This document shows positions 30,509 to 40,768 of a DNA stretch of 64,000 bases, in pieces. Position 1 is the stretch's first letter, and each line of letters begins with the position of its first letter. Below the pieces are notes generated by a model. That model saw only the letters and a list, made by a program, of their open reading frames with translations. It did not search any database and was not told where the DNA came from. Origin of the DNA: Planctomycetota bacterium (GTDB lineage: Bacteria > Planctomycetota > PLA2 > JAEUHO01). A program made the position numbers and the translations under genes. The stretch is from the NCBI GenBank assembly GCA_965222115.1, contig CBDCTJ010000007.1, forward strand, positions 1,664,001 to 1,728,000. The letters are read 5' to 3'.

Positions 30509-32146
30509 TTAGCGCGAACCACCGCCACCACCACCCAGCGGATCGCCGCCGCGGCCTCTGATTTCCCAATCTGCTTTGGGGGTGAACTTGGTGCGGTCGC
30601 GGTCTTTGCGGGCGTCATCCATCATGTCGTTGCCGCCCATGAACTCGAAAACGCGTACGATGCCGGCATTGAGGTCGCCTTTGGCCTTCTTGTCGCCTTC
30701 ACAGATTTTGACGGCCGCTTCGTAAAACGTGACCGTGCGTCTGAGCCAGCGAGACTGCATGTTTTCAAGCGGTCCCAACATCTTGTCGCGGATGAAGTCC
30801 GCCGACTTGGGATTGCCGATCTCGGTGAGACACCACGTGAGCATGACGCGCTTGAGCGTGTTGCGACCGCCGCCGCGACGTCCGAACGTTTGAGGACCGA
30901 TTTTTTGGAGAATGTCTTCGACAGCCCGTGCTGCCTTCTTGTCACCCTCGAAATAGGCAAGACCAATGATTGCCCCGAGGCTTGCGAACTCGCTCTTGGC
31001 GCTGCGCGCGCGCTTGGCAAGCACTTGGCGCACCTTCGATTCACCGGCACCGCAACGACCGAGCGCGCGGAAGAGATGATTGGCGAGGTTCTCGTCCTTT
31101 TCCTTGAGGGCATACTTGCGAAGTGGCTTTACGGAGTCGGGTGAACCAATGTATTCAAGACTCACGGCGGCATTGGCGCGCAGATCCTTGTTCTTGTGCT
31201 TTAGGAACACGGCAATGGGTTCTGCGGCGTCGAAGAGGTCCGGTCGTCCCAGGGCACGAACAAGATCGATCTGTGCGGGCTCGTTCTTCTTGAGTTCCGG
31301 CAAGAGCGCAATCAATGGATTGATGCAATCGCCTTCCTTGTCATTGAGAATGAGCGTCTTGATGGCTTTCTGACGTCGCTCTTCGGCGTCGGTATCGATG
31401 AGCGCAATTGTCTCTTCGATCCACTTCTGGCGGGCGGCGTCATCTTCCGGGGCAATCGGCGCGTCTTTCTCAGGCTGTTTACCTTCTGGATCTTTGGCAC
31501 TCGGTTCCGGCGTCTTCTTGTCACCACCTGGAGGTGGTTTCACGGCACCTTCTTCACCGCGGCGGCTCGCGAACTTGCGAGCGGCGGTCTCCATCATGGA
31601 GATTAGCGCTTCGATACCCTTCTCGCCCGAACCGTAGCTCCAGTACTCACGTCGAAACAGTGGTGTCTTTGGATCTTCCGTGGGGTCGGCAAAGATGTGT
31701 TGCGGGGACACGATCATGCCTTCAATGCCAAACCGCGCGCGCAGCTCGCCGTAGTCCTTGCTGGAGGCGCCGGGCGTGAGGAAGACGCAGACAAACTGGC
31801 GGGACAGGCCAACCACGCGCGGATCTTTGTAGATCACTTCGCGGAGTCCCTTGGCGGCGGGCTCTTCGCGACCACCGTCTACCGTCTTGCTATTGATGCA
31901 GATCATGACCGGCTGTCCGGCTTTCGCAGCCGATTCGAACGCGCCGACGAGATCGCGCTCCCACGTAATGGTGTCACCCTTCTGTGCGGGTGCGGGAGCG
32001 GCCTTGGCTGGGGCCTTCTTCTTTGTCGCGGCATCATCCTTGGCCTGCGCGAACTGCGGTGAGGCAAGTGTCAGCAAGAGCGCGCCCAATGCAGCGATCG
32101 CAATGCGTGAACGCAGATGTGAAATCATGACGAGCCTCCGTAGCAA
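30509..32146 (-). CDS. secreted HEAT-repeat protein with N-terminal thioredoxin-like domain
   Basis: Signal peptide ending AQA, ITWERDLVGAFESAAKAGQPVMICI, and HEAT-like repeats (LKHKNKDLRANAAVSLEYIG). Start may be at MISHLR. Confidence 0.7.
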   Translation of the reverse strand: MLRRLVMISHLRSRIAIAALGALLLTLASPQFAQAKDDAATKKKAPAKAAPAPAQKGDTITWERDLVGAFESAAKAGQPVMICINSKTVDGGREEPAAKGLREVIYKDPRVVGLSRQFVCVFLTPGASSKDYGELRARFGIEGMIVSPQHIFADPTEDPKTPLFRREYWSYGSGEKGIEALISMMETAARKFASRRGEEGAVKPPPGGDKKTPEPSAKDPEGKQPEKDAPIAPEDDAARQKWIEETIALIDTDAEERRQKAIKTLILNDKEGDCINPLIALLPELKKNEPAQIDLVRALGRPDLFDAAEPIAVFLKHKNKDLRANAAVSLEYIGSPDSVKPLRKYALKEKDENLANHLFRALGRCGAGESKVRQVLAKRARSAKSEFASLGAIIGLAYFEGDKKAARAVEDILQKIGPQTFGRRGGGRNTLKRVMLTWCLTEIGNPKSADFIRDKMLGPLENMQSRWLRRTVTFYEAAVKICEGDKKAKGDLNAGIVRVFEFMGGNDMMDDARKDRDRTKFTPKADWEIRGRGGDPLGGGGGGSR

Positions 32147-32240
32147 CGCGGGCAGCCTTTGACGCCCTTGGACAGTCTACCGCGCGTAGTGCACGCCGGG
32201 TTTCAACACGTTGTGCGCGTTGTCGTCCTGCAACTCGAAC

Positions 32241-33719
32241 TCAAGAAGATGGGCTTTCGTCCCGCATGGCGGACAGCACGGAAACGACCACGGCCGGATC
32301 GGCCCTTCCGCCCAAATTCTTCATGGTGGCGCCGATAAGGCGTCCTTTGGCCTTGTCCTGGCCACTGCAGTAGTCGGCCCACGCTTTCTCGTTGCTGGCA
32401 ATCGCCTTACCGGCGGCTTCGCGAATGGCGCGCTCGTCGGAAACCTGACCGAGGCCTCGCGAGGCAACCAAGTTCTTGGGTGACTCGTTGGAGGTCACAA
32501 TCTCGCGAAAAATGTTCTGCGCGGTTCGTCGGTTGATTGTGCCCGCATCGGTGAGATCCACGAGTTCGGCCAGCATTTCCGGGGCCAGCGCCACGTCATC
32601 CAAGAGCACGTTCTCTTCCTTGATGTAGCGCAGAAGCTCACCACTCACCCAGTTGAAGATCGACTTGGCCGAGCGTTTGGTGCCGCCTGCCGTCAAGGCA
32701 CGCTCGAACCAACTGGCGAGTGCGGGATCTGTCGTTAGCACGCCCGTTTCATACGCATCGAGTCCCAGTTCATCTTGATAGCGACGCTCTTTTGCGCGGG
32801 GCAACTCGGGGAGCACCTTGCGCTCGCGCTCAACGATCTCGCGCGAAACAAACAGGGGCGGCACGTCGGGTTCGGGGAAATAGCGATAGTCGTCGGCCGA
32901 TTCTTTGAAGCGTTGGTGAACGGTGGCTTCCTTGTCGTCGTCCCAACCGCGCGTGCTGCGAGGCGTGTTGGCCATCGTTTGGCCCTTGTCGTAATAGGCG
33001 TCTCGCTGCCGCTTCGCTTCGAACTCGATAGCTTGCTTCACATTTTGAACGGAGTTGATGTTTTTGACTTCAACAATGGGCGTCTTGTCGCCATTGTCAA
33101 AGACGAGGTTGACGTTGGGTTCGCAGCGTAAGTTGCCTTCCTGCATATTGCCGTCAGACGTGCCGATGTAGGCGACGATCTTTCGTAGTGCTTCCAGATA
33201 GGCCACCGCTTCGTCGGCGCTTGCAAGGTCGGGATGACTCACGATTTCGAGCAGGGGCGTGCCGGCACGATTCAGATCCACACGACTCTTGTCGCCACCT
33301 TCGTCGTGCGTGGACTTGCCAGTATCTTCTTCCAAGTGGGCGCGCTGAATGCGAATGTTCTTTGTCGAACCGTCGTCGCAATCAATCTCAATGCCGCCAT
33401 CCACACAGAGCGGCCTGTCGAGTTGACTGATCTGATAGCCCTTCGGAAGATCGGGATAGAAGTAGTGCTTGCGGTCCCACTTGGTGTGTTCGGCGATGTC
33501 ACAGCCCAACGCAAGTCCGGTGCGAATGGCTTGGCGTACCGCTTCCATATTCAGAACAGGCAATGCACCCGGCAGTCCCAGCACCACGGGATCGACCAAT
33601 GTGTTTGGGTCCGCGCCAAAGCGCGTGGGGCTTCCCGAAAAGCACTTGGTCTTCGTCTTGAGTTGAAGGTGGCACTCCATGCCCACAATGAGTCGACCGG
33701 GATCGCGTACGTCGTTCAT
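32241..33719 (-). CDS. gatB: Asp/Glu-tRNA amidotransferase subunit B
   Basis: GMECHLQL, RKHYFYPDLPKGYQISQ, HLEEDTGK, DLNRAGTPLLEIV, DYRYFPEPD. Confidence 0.97.
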   Translation of the reverse strand: MNDVRDPGRLIVGMECHLQLKTKTKCFSGSPTRFGADPNTLVDPVVLGLPGALPVLNMEAVRQAIRTGLALGCDIAEHTKWDRKHYFYPDLPKGYQISQLDRPLCVDGGIEIDCDDGSTKNIRIQRAHLEEDTGKSTHDEGGDKSRVDLNRAGTPLLEIVSHPDLASADEAVAYLEALRKIVAYIGTSDGNMQEGNLRCEPNVNLVFDNGDKTPIVEVKNINSVQNVKQAIEFEAKRQRDAYYDKGQTMANTPRSTRGWDDDKEATVHQRFKESADDYRYFPEPDVPPLFVSREIVERERKVLPELPRAKERRYQDELGLDAYETGVLTTDPALASWFERALTAGGTKRSAKSIFNWVSGELLRYIKEENVLLDDVALAPEMLAELVDLTDAGTINRRTAQNIFREIVTSNESPKNLVASRGLGQVSDERAIREAAGKAIASNEKAWADYCSGQDKAKGRLIGATMKNLGGRADPAVVVSVLSAMRDESPSS

Positions 33720-35197
33720 GCCGTACCTCCCAGCGTTGGCGCCACATAGGCGCAGGCGGGTGAAGTGGCTTCCAGATAGCTAGCAAGCGCTAACAGTGTG
33801 TTCTCGCTGCCCTTTTTGCCCCACAGTTGTACGCCGAGTGGCAAGCCATCCTTGGATCGCCCCGCGGGAATGGAGATGACCGGCGTGCCGACGAGATTGG
33901 CAGCCACCGTATAGAGATCACAGAGATACATGGCGATCGGATCGTCGGCTTTCTCGCCCACGCGAAACGCAGGGCCGGGTGTGGTGGGGGTGATCAGGAC
34001 GTCCACGTCCTTAAAGACGTTTCGAAACGACTCGGCCATCGCGGCTCGCACGGCCATGGCACGTTTGTAGTAGGCGTCGGCATAGCCTGCGGAGAGCGCG
34101 AATGTGCCAAGCAAGATACGTCGCTTGACTTCGGTGCCGAATCCATCACTTCGGGAACGCGCGTAGAGTTCTTCGAGCGTGTTGCTTTCGCTGCGGGCGC
34201 CGTAGCGAACACCGTCAAAGCGGGCCAAGTTGCTTGATGCTTCCGCCGGCGCCACCACGTAGTAGATCGGAATGCCGGAGAGCAACAGGGGCAAGGAGAC
34301 GTTCTTGGTGGATGCTCCGCGCTCGATCAATAGGTCACGTGCTGCAGCGGCCGCGCGGCGTGCGCCCATGGATTCGTGGTTGTCCTGATCCTCAAATTCG
34401 CTCACGCGGCCAATGCGTAATGAACTGAGGAGTGTGTCGATATCCGCAACCGGGGCGTCGTCGAATGTGTGCGTAGTTCGATCGTACGTGTCGGGGCCCT
34501 GGATCACCTGCTGCAACGCGCGCGCGTCATCCACATAGCGCGTCATGGGTCCGATTTGATCCAAACTCGATCCAAATGCCACAAGTCCATTGCGTGACAC
34601 GCGGCCGTATGTGGGTTTCAGTCCCACAATGCCGCAAAGCGCAGCGGGTTGGCGAATGCTCCCACCCGTGTCGCTACCAAACGCAAGCGGGACCAAGCCC
34701 GCCGCCACGGCCGCTGCGCTACCGCCCGACGATCCGCCCGGGACACATGCCGGGTCATACGGATTTCTACTGGCGCCAAATGCTGAGTGCTCCGTGGATG
34801 AACCCATGGCGAACTCATCGAGATTGGTCTTTCCAACAATGCACGCGCCCGCGCGTTCCACGCGCGATACACACGTCGCATCGCGTGGCGCGACATAGTC
34901 ACCCAGAATCTTAGATCCACACGTCAAGCGCTCGCCCGCCACCGTAATGTTGTCCTTGACGCCGATGGGAATGCCGGCCAGCGAACCGGGATCTTCGCCC
35001 TTGGCGACTTGTGTATCGACGTGGGCGGCTTGGGCAAATGCACGTTCTTTGGTTGTGAACAGGAATGCGTTCAATGCATCGTTGTGCTCTTCAATGCGCC
35101 GGAGACTCTCTTCCACGAGCTGTGTTGCCGTGAGGTCATCGTTTGGATCGCGGACGCGTGCCGCGGTATCGCGAATGGGGGCGTCTAGTGGATGCAC
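33716..35197 (-). CDS. gatA: Asp/Glu-tRNA amidotransferase subunit A
   Basis: GKTNLDEFAMGSS, PGGSSGGSAAAV, GSDTGGSIRQPA, GFGTEVKRRILLG. GTG start at 35197, just after the gatC stop. Confidence 0.97.
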   Translation of the reverse strand: MHPLDAPIRDTAARVRDPNDDLTATQLVEESLRRIEEHNDALNAFLFTTKERAFAQAAHVDTQVAKGEDPGSLAGIPIGVKDNITVAGERLTCGSKILGDYVAPRDATCVSRVERAGACIVGKTNLDEFAMGSSTEHSAFGASRNPYDPACVPGGSSGGSAAAVAAGLVPLAFGSDTGGSIRQPAALCGIVGLKPTYGRVSRNGLVAFGSSLDQIGPMTRYVDDARALQQVIQGPDTYDRTTHTFDDAPVADIDTLLSSLRIGRVSEFEDQDNHESMGARRAAAAARDLLIERGASTKNVSLPLLLSGIPIYYVVAPAEASSNLARFDGVRYGARSESNTLEELYARSRSDGFGTEVKRRILLGTFALSAGYADAYYKRAMAVRAAMAESFRNVFKDVDVLITPTTPGPAFRVGEKADDPIAMYLCDLYTVAANLVGTPVISIPAGRSKDGLPLGVQLWGKKGSENTLLALASYLEATSPACAYVAPTLGGTA

Positions 35198-35198
35198 G

Positions 35199-35507
35199 TT
35201 ACGCCTCCTCGCCGTCAAAGAAGCGCGGCACCACAATGAACGCGCCATCGTTTTGCGGCGCGTTGGTCATGGTCTGCTTCAGGGGGAGGGTTGGCCCCGG
35301 TTCGTCGGCGCGCAGATCGTCGAAGTTCACATGGCCAACAACCGCTTCATCTGTCTGCCCGTCGAGTTCAGGAATCTGATCGAGGTACTCAAGGATGCGT
35401 GCGAACTGCTTGGTTATGCCCGGCACTTCATCGTCGCTCAGTTGGAGGCGCGCAAGGTTCGCCACGTGACGAACCAGATCGTCATCTACATCAATCGAAT
35501 CGCTCAT
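35199..35507 (-). CDS. gatC: Asp/Glu-tRNA amidotransferase subunit C
   Basis: VRHVANLARLQL, LRADEP, NAP...FIVVP. Lies immediately upstream of gatA. Confidence 0.93.
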   Translation of the reverse strand: MSDSIDVDDDLVRHVANLARLQLSDDEVPGITKQFARILEYLDQIPELDGQTDEAVVGHVNFDDLRADEPGPTLPLKQTMTNAPQNDGAFIVVPRFFDGEEA

Positions 35508-35535
35508 GGGGTGGGGGCTCCCGCATCGCGTCGAG

Positions 35536-36612
35536 TTAGCGGTCGTCGGCCTGAAATGCCAACTGACCGCATGCCGCGTCGATGTCTTCACCTCGTTGTG
35601 TGCGCAGCGTTACCGAGACTCCGTCTTCGCGCAAGTCGCGCGCGAAGGCATCGCACACCTGTCGACTGGGCGCCTCCAGGTCGGGACGATGGGACACCGG
35701 ATTGAAGGGAATCAGATTCACATGGATATGGCGACCACGAATCCGTCGCGCGAGATCGCGGGCGTGGTGCGGTGCGTCATTTATGCCTGCAATCAATACG
35801 TATTCCACGGTGGCGTCGCGCCCCGTGCGGCGGGCGTAGCGCGCGGCGGCGTCGATCAGACCCTTTACACGACCGGATGGTGAGCCGGGCACCAACGCCG
35901 CGCGCGTATCGTCATCGGGGGCGTGCAGCGACACGGCGATATGCACGCCGAGGTCGCGATCCGCAAGTCGATCGATGCGAACGGGTGTGCTGGCGGCCGA
36001 GACCGTGATGCGTCGCGGCGAGAAGTTCAACCCCTTCTCGTGCGTCCAAAGTGCGATGGCGCAGGCGAGGTTTTCAAGGTTGAGTAGTGGCTCGCCCATA
36101 CCCATCATGACGATGTTGGTGGGTCGCGTCTTTAGGTGACGCTGGACATGGAGTAGCGGTTCTACGATTTCGGACACAGTCAAATTGCGAATCAGCCCTT
36201 TGACGCCGGACGCGCAAAACACGCATCGAATGGGGCAGCCAACTTGCGATGAGATACACACCGTGTTGCGCTTGCCTTCAGGAATGAGCACGGCCTCCAC
36301 ACGTTGCCCGTCGGCAAGCGTGAATAGGAATTTGGTCGTCCCATCTTTGGATTCTTGCACTTGGGTCAATGCAGTTGCTGGAGGCAGCACTTCGCGGCTC
36401 AATGTTTCGCGAAACGCAAGCGGCAGCGTGGTGATTTCGTTTGGATGCAACGCACCGTGTCGGTGAACGGCCTCGAAAACTTGCCCCGCGCGAAAACGAG
36501 GTTGGCCCAGTCGCGTGACGAGCTCCGTCAGGGCACCGAGTGAGAGGCCTGCCAAGCTTTCGGAGGGAGGCAATGCCGCCTTGGTATCGGGCGCTGTTGG
36601 CTTGTTTGACAC
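35536..36612 (-). CDS. rlmN: 23S rRNA m2A2503/tRNA m2A37 radical SAM methyltransferase
   Basis: CISSQVGCPIRCVFCASG, MGMGEPLLN, SLHAP, EYVLI, NLIPFN, DIDAACGQL. Confidence 0.95.
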   Translation of the reverse strand: MSNKPTAPDTKAALPPSESLAGLSLGALTELVTRLGQPRFRAGQVFEAVHRHGALHPNEITTLPLAFRETLSREVLPPATALTQVQESKDGTTKFLFTLADGQRVEAVLIPEGKRNTVCISSQVGCPIRCVFCASGVKGLIRNLTVSEIVEPLLHVQRHLKTRPTNIVMMGMGEPLLNLENLACAIALWTHEKGLNFSPRRITVSAASTPVRIDRLADRDLGVHIAVSLHAPDDDTRAALVPGSPSGRVKGLIDAAARYARRTGRDATVEYVLIAGINDAPHHARDLARRIRGRHIHVNLIPFNPVSHRPDLEAPSRQVCDAFARDLREDGVSVTLRTQRGEDIDAACGQLAFQADDR

Positions 36613-36627
36613 GGGCGTTGACTCGAC

Positions 36628-37944
36628 TTACGAGCCGGTCTTGCGACGAGACGAAATGCGCTTGACGCGTTCCTTACCTTCGACGGCTTCACGCGTAACG
36701 CGGAAATGGGTGCCGGGCGGGCACTCGGGCAAGTCAAACATCGTTTCCAACAAGAGATCTTCGAGTATGGAACGCAGGGCGCGCACGCCGGTGTCGCGTG
36801 TCTGGGCCTGCTCGGCGATGAGCAGCAACGCGTCGTCGTCAAACTCAATGCTCGCGTCTTCGAATGAAAACATTTGCTCGTATTGCTTGATGAGTGCATT
36901 CTTGGGTTCGCGCAACACACGCACAAGGTCGGCACGGGTGAGCGGCTCAAGCGTGGTGAGCACCGGCAGGCGACCCACAAACTCGGGAATCATGCCAAAC
37001 TCGATCAAGTCGTGGGGCTCGGCATGTTTCAAGAGGCGCGCGCGCTCTTGGGCCTCGCGTTCTTGGTTCTCGACCACGGTGCCGCCGCGGCCAAAGCCAA
37101 TCAGGCTGGTACCCATGCGCTTGGCCACGATGTCTTCCAAGCCGGAAAACGCACCGCCACAGATGAACAGAATGTTGAGCGTGTTGAGTTGGATGTACTG
37201 CTGCTCGGGATGTTTGCGACCGCCTTGCGGAGGGACGTTGGCTACCGTCCCTTCCATAATCTTGAGCAGTGCTTGCTGCACGCCTTCGCCACTCACGTCG
37301 CGTGTGATGGAAGGATTCTGCGACGTGCGATTGATCTTGTCGATTTCGTCGATGTAGATAATGCCGTATTCAGCGCGCTCGCGATTGAAGTCGGTGGCCT
37401 GCAAGAGCTTGAGGAGAATGTTCTCGACGTCTTCGCCGACGTAGCCGGCTTCGGTCAACGTGGTGGCGTCGGCAATGGCGAACGGCACATCGAGAATGCG
37501 CGCGAGCGTGCGTGCAAGCAGTGTCTTGCCACTGCCGGTGGGTCCCACCATCAAGATGTTGGACTTATCGAGTTCAATGTCGGTGGACTCGGAGCTTAAC
37601 GCTCGACGGTAGTGGTTATAGACCGCAACGGCGAGCGTCTTCTTCGCGCGATCTTGGCCGATCACGTATTCATCGAGGTGTTCTAAGATTTCGCGCGGCT
37701 TCTTGAGATCGGCTTCGCTCCATGGAAGCGAGGAAGGTCCCGTGCCACCCGCAGCGCGTTTGCCCGAACGTGGCGACGGCGAGCGGCCATCGCGCTTCAT
37801 TTCTTCAATGAGGATGGTGTTGCAGAGTTCTACGCACTCATTGCAGATGTTGATCCCGGGCGGACCGGCAATCAGGCTCTCGACGTGGTTGCGGCCTTTG
37901 CCACAAAACGTACACTTTTCAATGGAACCTCGACGCGAGGTCAT
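36628..37944 (-). CDS. clpX: ATP-dependent Clp protease ATP-binding subunit ClpX
   Basis: Zn-binding CTFC...[44 protein letters not shown] and the IGF loop. ATG 37944 follows GGAG. Confidence 0.98.
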   Translation of the reverse strand: MTSRRGSIEKCTFCGKGRNHVESLIAGPPGINICNECVELCNTILIEEMKRDGRSPSPRSGKRAAGGTGPSSLPWSEADLKKPREILEHLDEYVIGQDRAKKTLAVAVYNHYRRALSSESTDIELDKSNILMVGPTGSGKTLLARTLARILDVPFAIADATTLTEAGYVGEDVENILLKLLQATDFNRERAEYGIIYIDEIDKINRTSQNPSITRDVSGEGVQQALLKIMEGTVANVPPQGGRKHPEQQYIQLNTLNILFICGGAFSGLEDIVAKRMGTSLIGFGRGGTVVENQEREAQERARLLKHAEPHDLIEFGMIPEFVGRLPVLTTLEPLTRADLVRVLREPKNALIKQYEQMFSFEDASIEFDDDALLLIAEQAQTRDTGVRALRSILEDLLLETMFDLPECPPGTHFRVTREAVEGKERVKRISSRRKTGS

Positions 37945-38329
37945 GGGCGACTCCAAGCACGGTACTCTGCGCCCGCGTGGCCGTCCTTCTCAAATGAAGG
38001 CGCGCAGCGAAAGCCCGACGGTCCTAGTCTAGCCGATCACGACGGTCGGGGAACCCCGCACTTCGGGCTTCTCCGTTGGCTCTGTTTGTCCCATTTCTCG
38101 GTCGTCCGTTCGATTGCGAGCGTTGATTCCCGTGCGCGGCGTCGATCCGCTGCAGCGTTGCTCTGCGTAAGGCGAATCTCCTTGCCACGGTCTTCGAACC
38201 ATGAGAAGAGGGATATCTCGGGCCTGGGGTCCGCTGGACGGGCGCTGCCGGAGCGCAACGATAGCTTCGTTTTTACGTGTGAGGCGTGGGAAGAAGCGAT
38301 TTAATAGTCCTGAGAGAGGAGGTTCGTTG

Positions 38330-40765
38330 ATGGACACTCCGGAAGACGCGCCCCATCTCGGTTATCTCGGCCAGACCTTTGGAGGCCGTTTTCGAGCGGC
38401 CCGCTCCATCCCTAGCAGGCTTCCCGGGCTCACGTTTCGCGCGCAGGACTTGGAGCTGCGTCGAATGTGCACACTGTTCGTACTGCCGATATCAGAATCG
38501 GCACCTGAGGGAACCGCTCACGAAGTAATCGATGCTGCGCGCACGGGAGATGCAGCGAGACACGCCCACATTGCAGCGACGCTCGCCTTTGGTCTCACCG
38601 ACGGTGGGAATGCGATGTACTACGCCATCGACGTGACAAGGCCGCTCGCATTCCGGTCACTTCTGCTTCGGCAAGACGCCGCACTGATTGGAAGACGCTT
38701 TCCGCGCTGGCTCGCATCTCTCGCTCAATGCCTGCACACGATTCACAAGCGGAAGGCGATTTACGGTACGCTTCGCACGGCGAGCCTGTTCTTTGATACT
38801 CAAGGAACGCCGCAGCTTGCGCCCGTTGGGCTCATGAATTCGATCAGCGAATTGTCGGCGTTAGATCCTCGTTTTCGGTCCCAAGAAATCGGATCAGCGA
38901 CTGAGGCGCCCGAATTGGCCGACGATGGGCGCGCACCAACACCCAAATCGGATCAGTACAGCGTTGCTTCGATTGGCGCGCTGGCTGCTTCAAGGCTCTA
39001 CGACGCAAAGTTCGATGCCAGCAGCGCGCTGGCAAGTCGCCGACACATCCGGCGCGCAACGCCGAAGTGGTTATGGAAGACCGAACTGGGCAAAGTCTTG
39101 GATCGCGCGACTGCATTGCGTCCAGGGCAAAGGTATAGAACGTGTGAACAGTTTGCAGCTGCGATTGACCGTGTGCAGGACGTACCGATCGAAGCGCCAA
39201 GATTCTTGAGTCGTTCCTTGGTTGCCTCAGGTGCAGGCGTGGGCGCAGTCGTTGCTGCGGCAGTGTTCTTCGCCCTTCGCGAAGGGCCAAGTGAGCGGAC
39301 GGAGCCCGAGACGCTTGAAACTCATCAAGAGCCTTTGCTGCGTATCTACCCCGAATCCATGACCAAGGCGGAGGCTGATCGACTCTTGGTCGACAGTGTC
39401 CGATCCTCCGATCCCGCGGGAGTCCGTTGGGCCGCCGACCGTGGTGCCTCGATTGAGGGAAAGACGATTTCCTCTGTGCCTCTCCTACACTTTGCAGCTC
39501 GGCATGGGACGTCGTCGCTCATAAACGCACTCATCGACGTCGGTGCCCCGATAAACGAGACCGCCGATGCCAGTTTGTTGTTTCGTGAAGTGAGATTTAC
39601 TGAGGCAACGCCACTTCATATTGCATCACTTAGCGGGCGTGGAGAGCGCGTGAAGGCGCTGATCGCGAAGGGTGCGGACATGGCGGCGCGTTGTGAGTTT
39701 GTTGATGAAGGGTTTCTGCATGCGGAGGCCGTCCTGGAGGGAAGGGAAGGTCGCTCTGGGTGGTGGGTTCGCGGTGCGCACCCTCTGCACCTGGCCGCAA
39801 TGGCCGACGATTCTTCCGCGCTGCATGCGCTCTTTGAGGCGAGACCGAACATGTCGCCAGACATTCGCTGTGCAGACGATGATACGCCGCTGCATTGCGC
39901 GGCAGCCTATGATCGAGCGGGCAACGCGGGTGCGCTACTGGAGCGCGATGCGTCTCCTCACATCAAGCACGTCGCGGGATTGACACCTATGACGGAGGCG
40001 ATTGCCGCCGGTGCAACTTCTGTACTCGATGTCATGCGGCGTCACCATCCAGACGTTCTGACTCATGCTGACGATGACAGCGATGGAATGTTGCCCATTC
40101 ACTATGCCGTCTACTTAGGAAAGCTTGACGTCGTAAGGTACCTTGTACGAGTTGGAGTAAGCGTAGAGCAGCAAGACGCGCGCATGCACACGCCTCTCGT
40201 GTACGCACTGTGGCACGAGAGGACCGACGTAGCAGATTGGCTGATCACAAGTGGCGCAGACTTGCGAGTGCGTGTGCATGATGGCTGGTCTCTCTTCGAT
40301 GAAGTAGTCAACTACAAGAGCTTGGGGGGGCTTAAGTGGTTGCTAAAACAAGATGTCGAGGATCTTATTGACAGTGCGGCGAGCGATGGTCTAAGGCCCG
40401 TCGAACGGGCGGTTGCGTTGAAACAGTCCCGATTCGTGTCGTTGCTATTGGCTTCGGGCGCCAGTCCAGAGGGTCGGCCCGGCGTTCAGACACCTCCTTT
40501 GCATTGGGCAGCGGCGAACGGGGACGTAGAAACGCTCAAGGTGTTGCTCAAGCACCATCCCGACGTCAACGAGATCGGGGCCGAAGACAAGTCGACGGCT
40601 CTTCATTTTGCCGTGAACAGGGGCATGCTGTCTGCTGTGACGATCCTCCTCCGCGCAGGGGCATCCGTCTCGGTTAAGAACAAGCACGGTACAACACCCA
40701 TGGACATGGCGACCTCCATCGGGCGATTGGACATACTGAGCAAACTAAGAGAGTCTGAAAAATGA
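38330..40765 (+). CDS. pseudokinase - TM - ankyrin-repeat protein
   Basis: Kinase-like N-domain retains APE and SDQYS but lacks the Gly loop, the beta3 Lys, HRD and DFG. TM GAGVGAVVAAAVFFAL, then many ankyrin units (TPLHIAS, TPLHCAA, PPLHWAA, TALHFAV). AGGAGG precedes ATG 38330. Confidence 0.85.
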   Translation: MDTPEDAPHLGYLGQTFGGRFRAARSIPSRLPGLTFRAQDLELRRMCTLFVLPISESAPEGTAHEVIDAARTGDAARHAHIAATLAFGLTDGGNAMYYAIDVTRPLAFRSLLLRQDAALIGRRFPRWLASLAQCLHTIHKRKAIYGTLRTASLFFDTQGTPQLAPVGLMNSISELSALDPRFRSQEIGSATEAPELADDGRAPTPKSDQYSVASIGALAASRLYDAKFDASSALASRRHIRRATPKWLWKTELGKVLDRATALRPGQRYRTCEQFAAAIDRVQDVPIEAPRFLSRSLVASGAGVGAVVAAAVFFALREGPSERTEPETLETHQEPLLRIYPESMTKAEADRLLVDSVRSSDPAGVRWAADRGASIEGKTISSVPLLHFAARHGTSSLINALIDVGAPINETADASLLFREVRFTEATPLHIASLSGRGERVKALIAKGADMAARCEFVDEGFLHAEAVLEGREGRSGWWVRGAHPLHLAAMADDSSALHALFEARPNMSPDIRCADDDTPLHCAAAYDRAGNAGALLERDASPHIKHVAGLTPMTEAIAAGATSVLDVMRRHHPDVLTHADDDSDGMLPIHYAVYLGKLDVVRYLVRVGVSVEQQDARMHTPLVYALWHERTDVADWLITSGADLRVRVHDGWSLFDEVVNYKSLGGLKWLLKQDVEDLIDSAASDGLRPVERAVALKQSRFVSLLLASGASPEGRPGVQTPPLHWAAANGDVETLKVLLKHHPDVNEIGAEDKSTALHFAVNRGMLSAVTILLRAGASVSVKNKHGTTPMDMATSIGRLDILSKLRESEK

Positions 40766-40768
40766 CAT

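Noticed and set aside
38330-39200. Pseudogene call for the degenerate kinase
   Set aside because: The frame is intact with a strong RBS and complete TM and ankyrin regions, so it is better treated as a pseudokinase.
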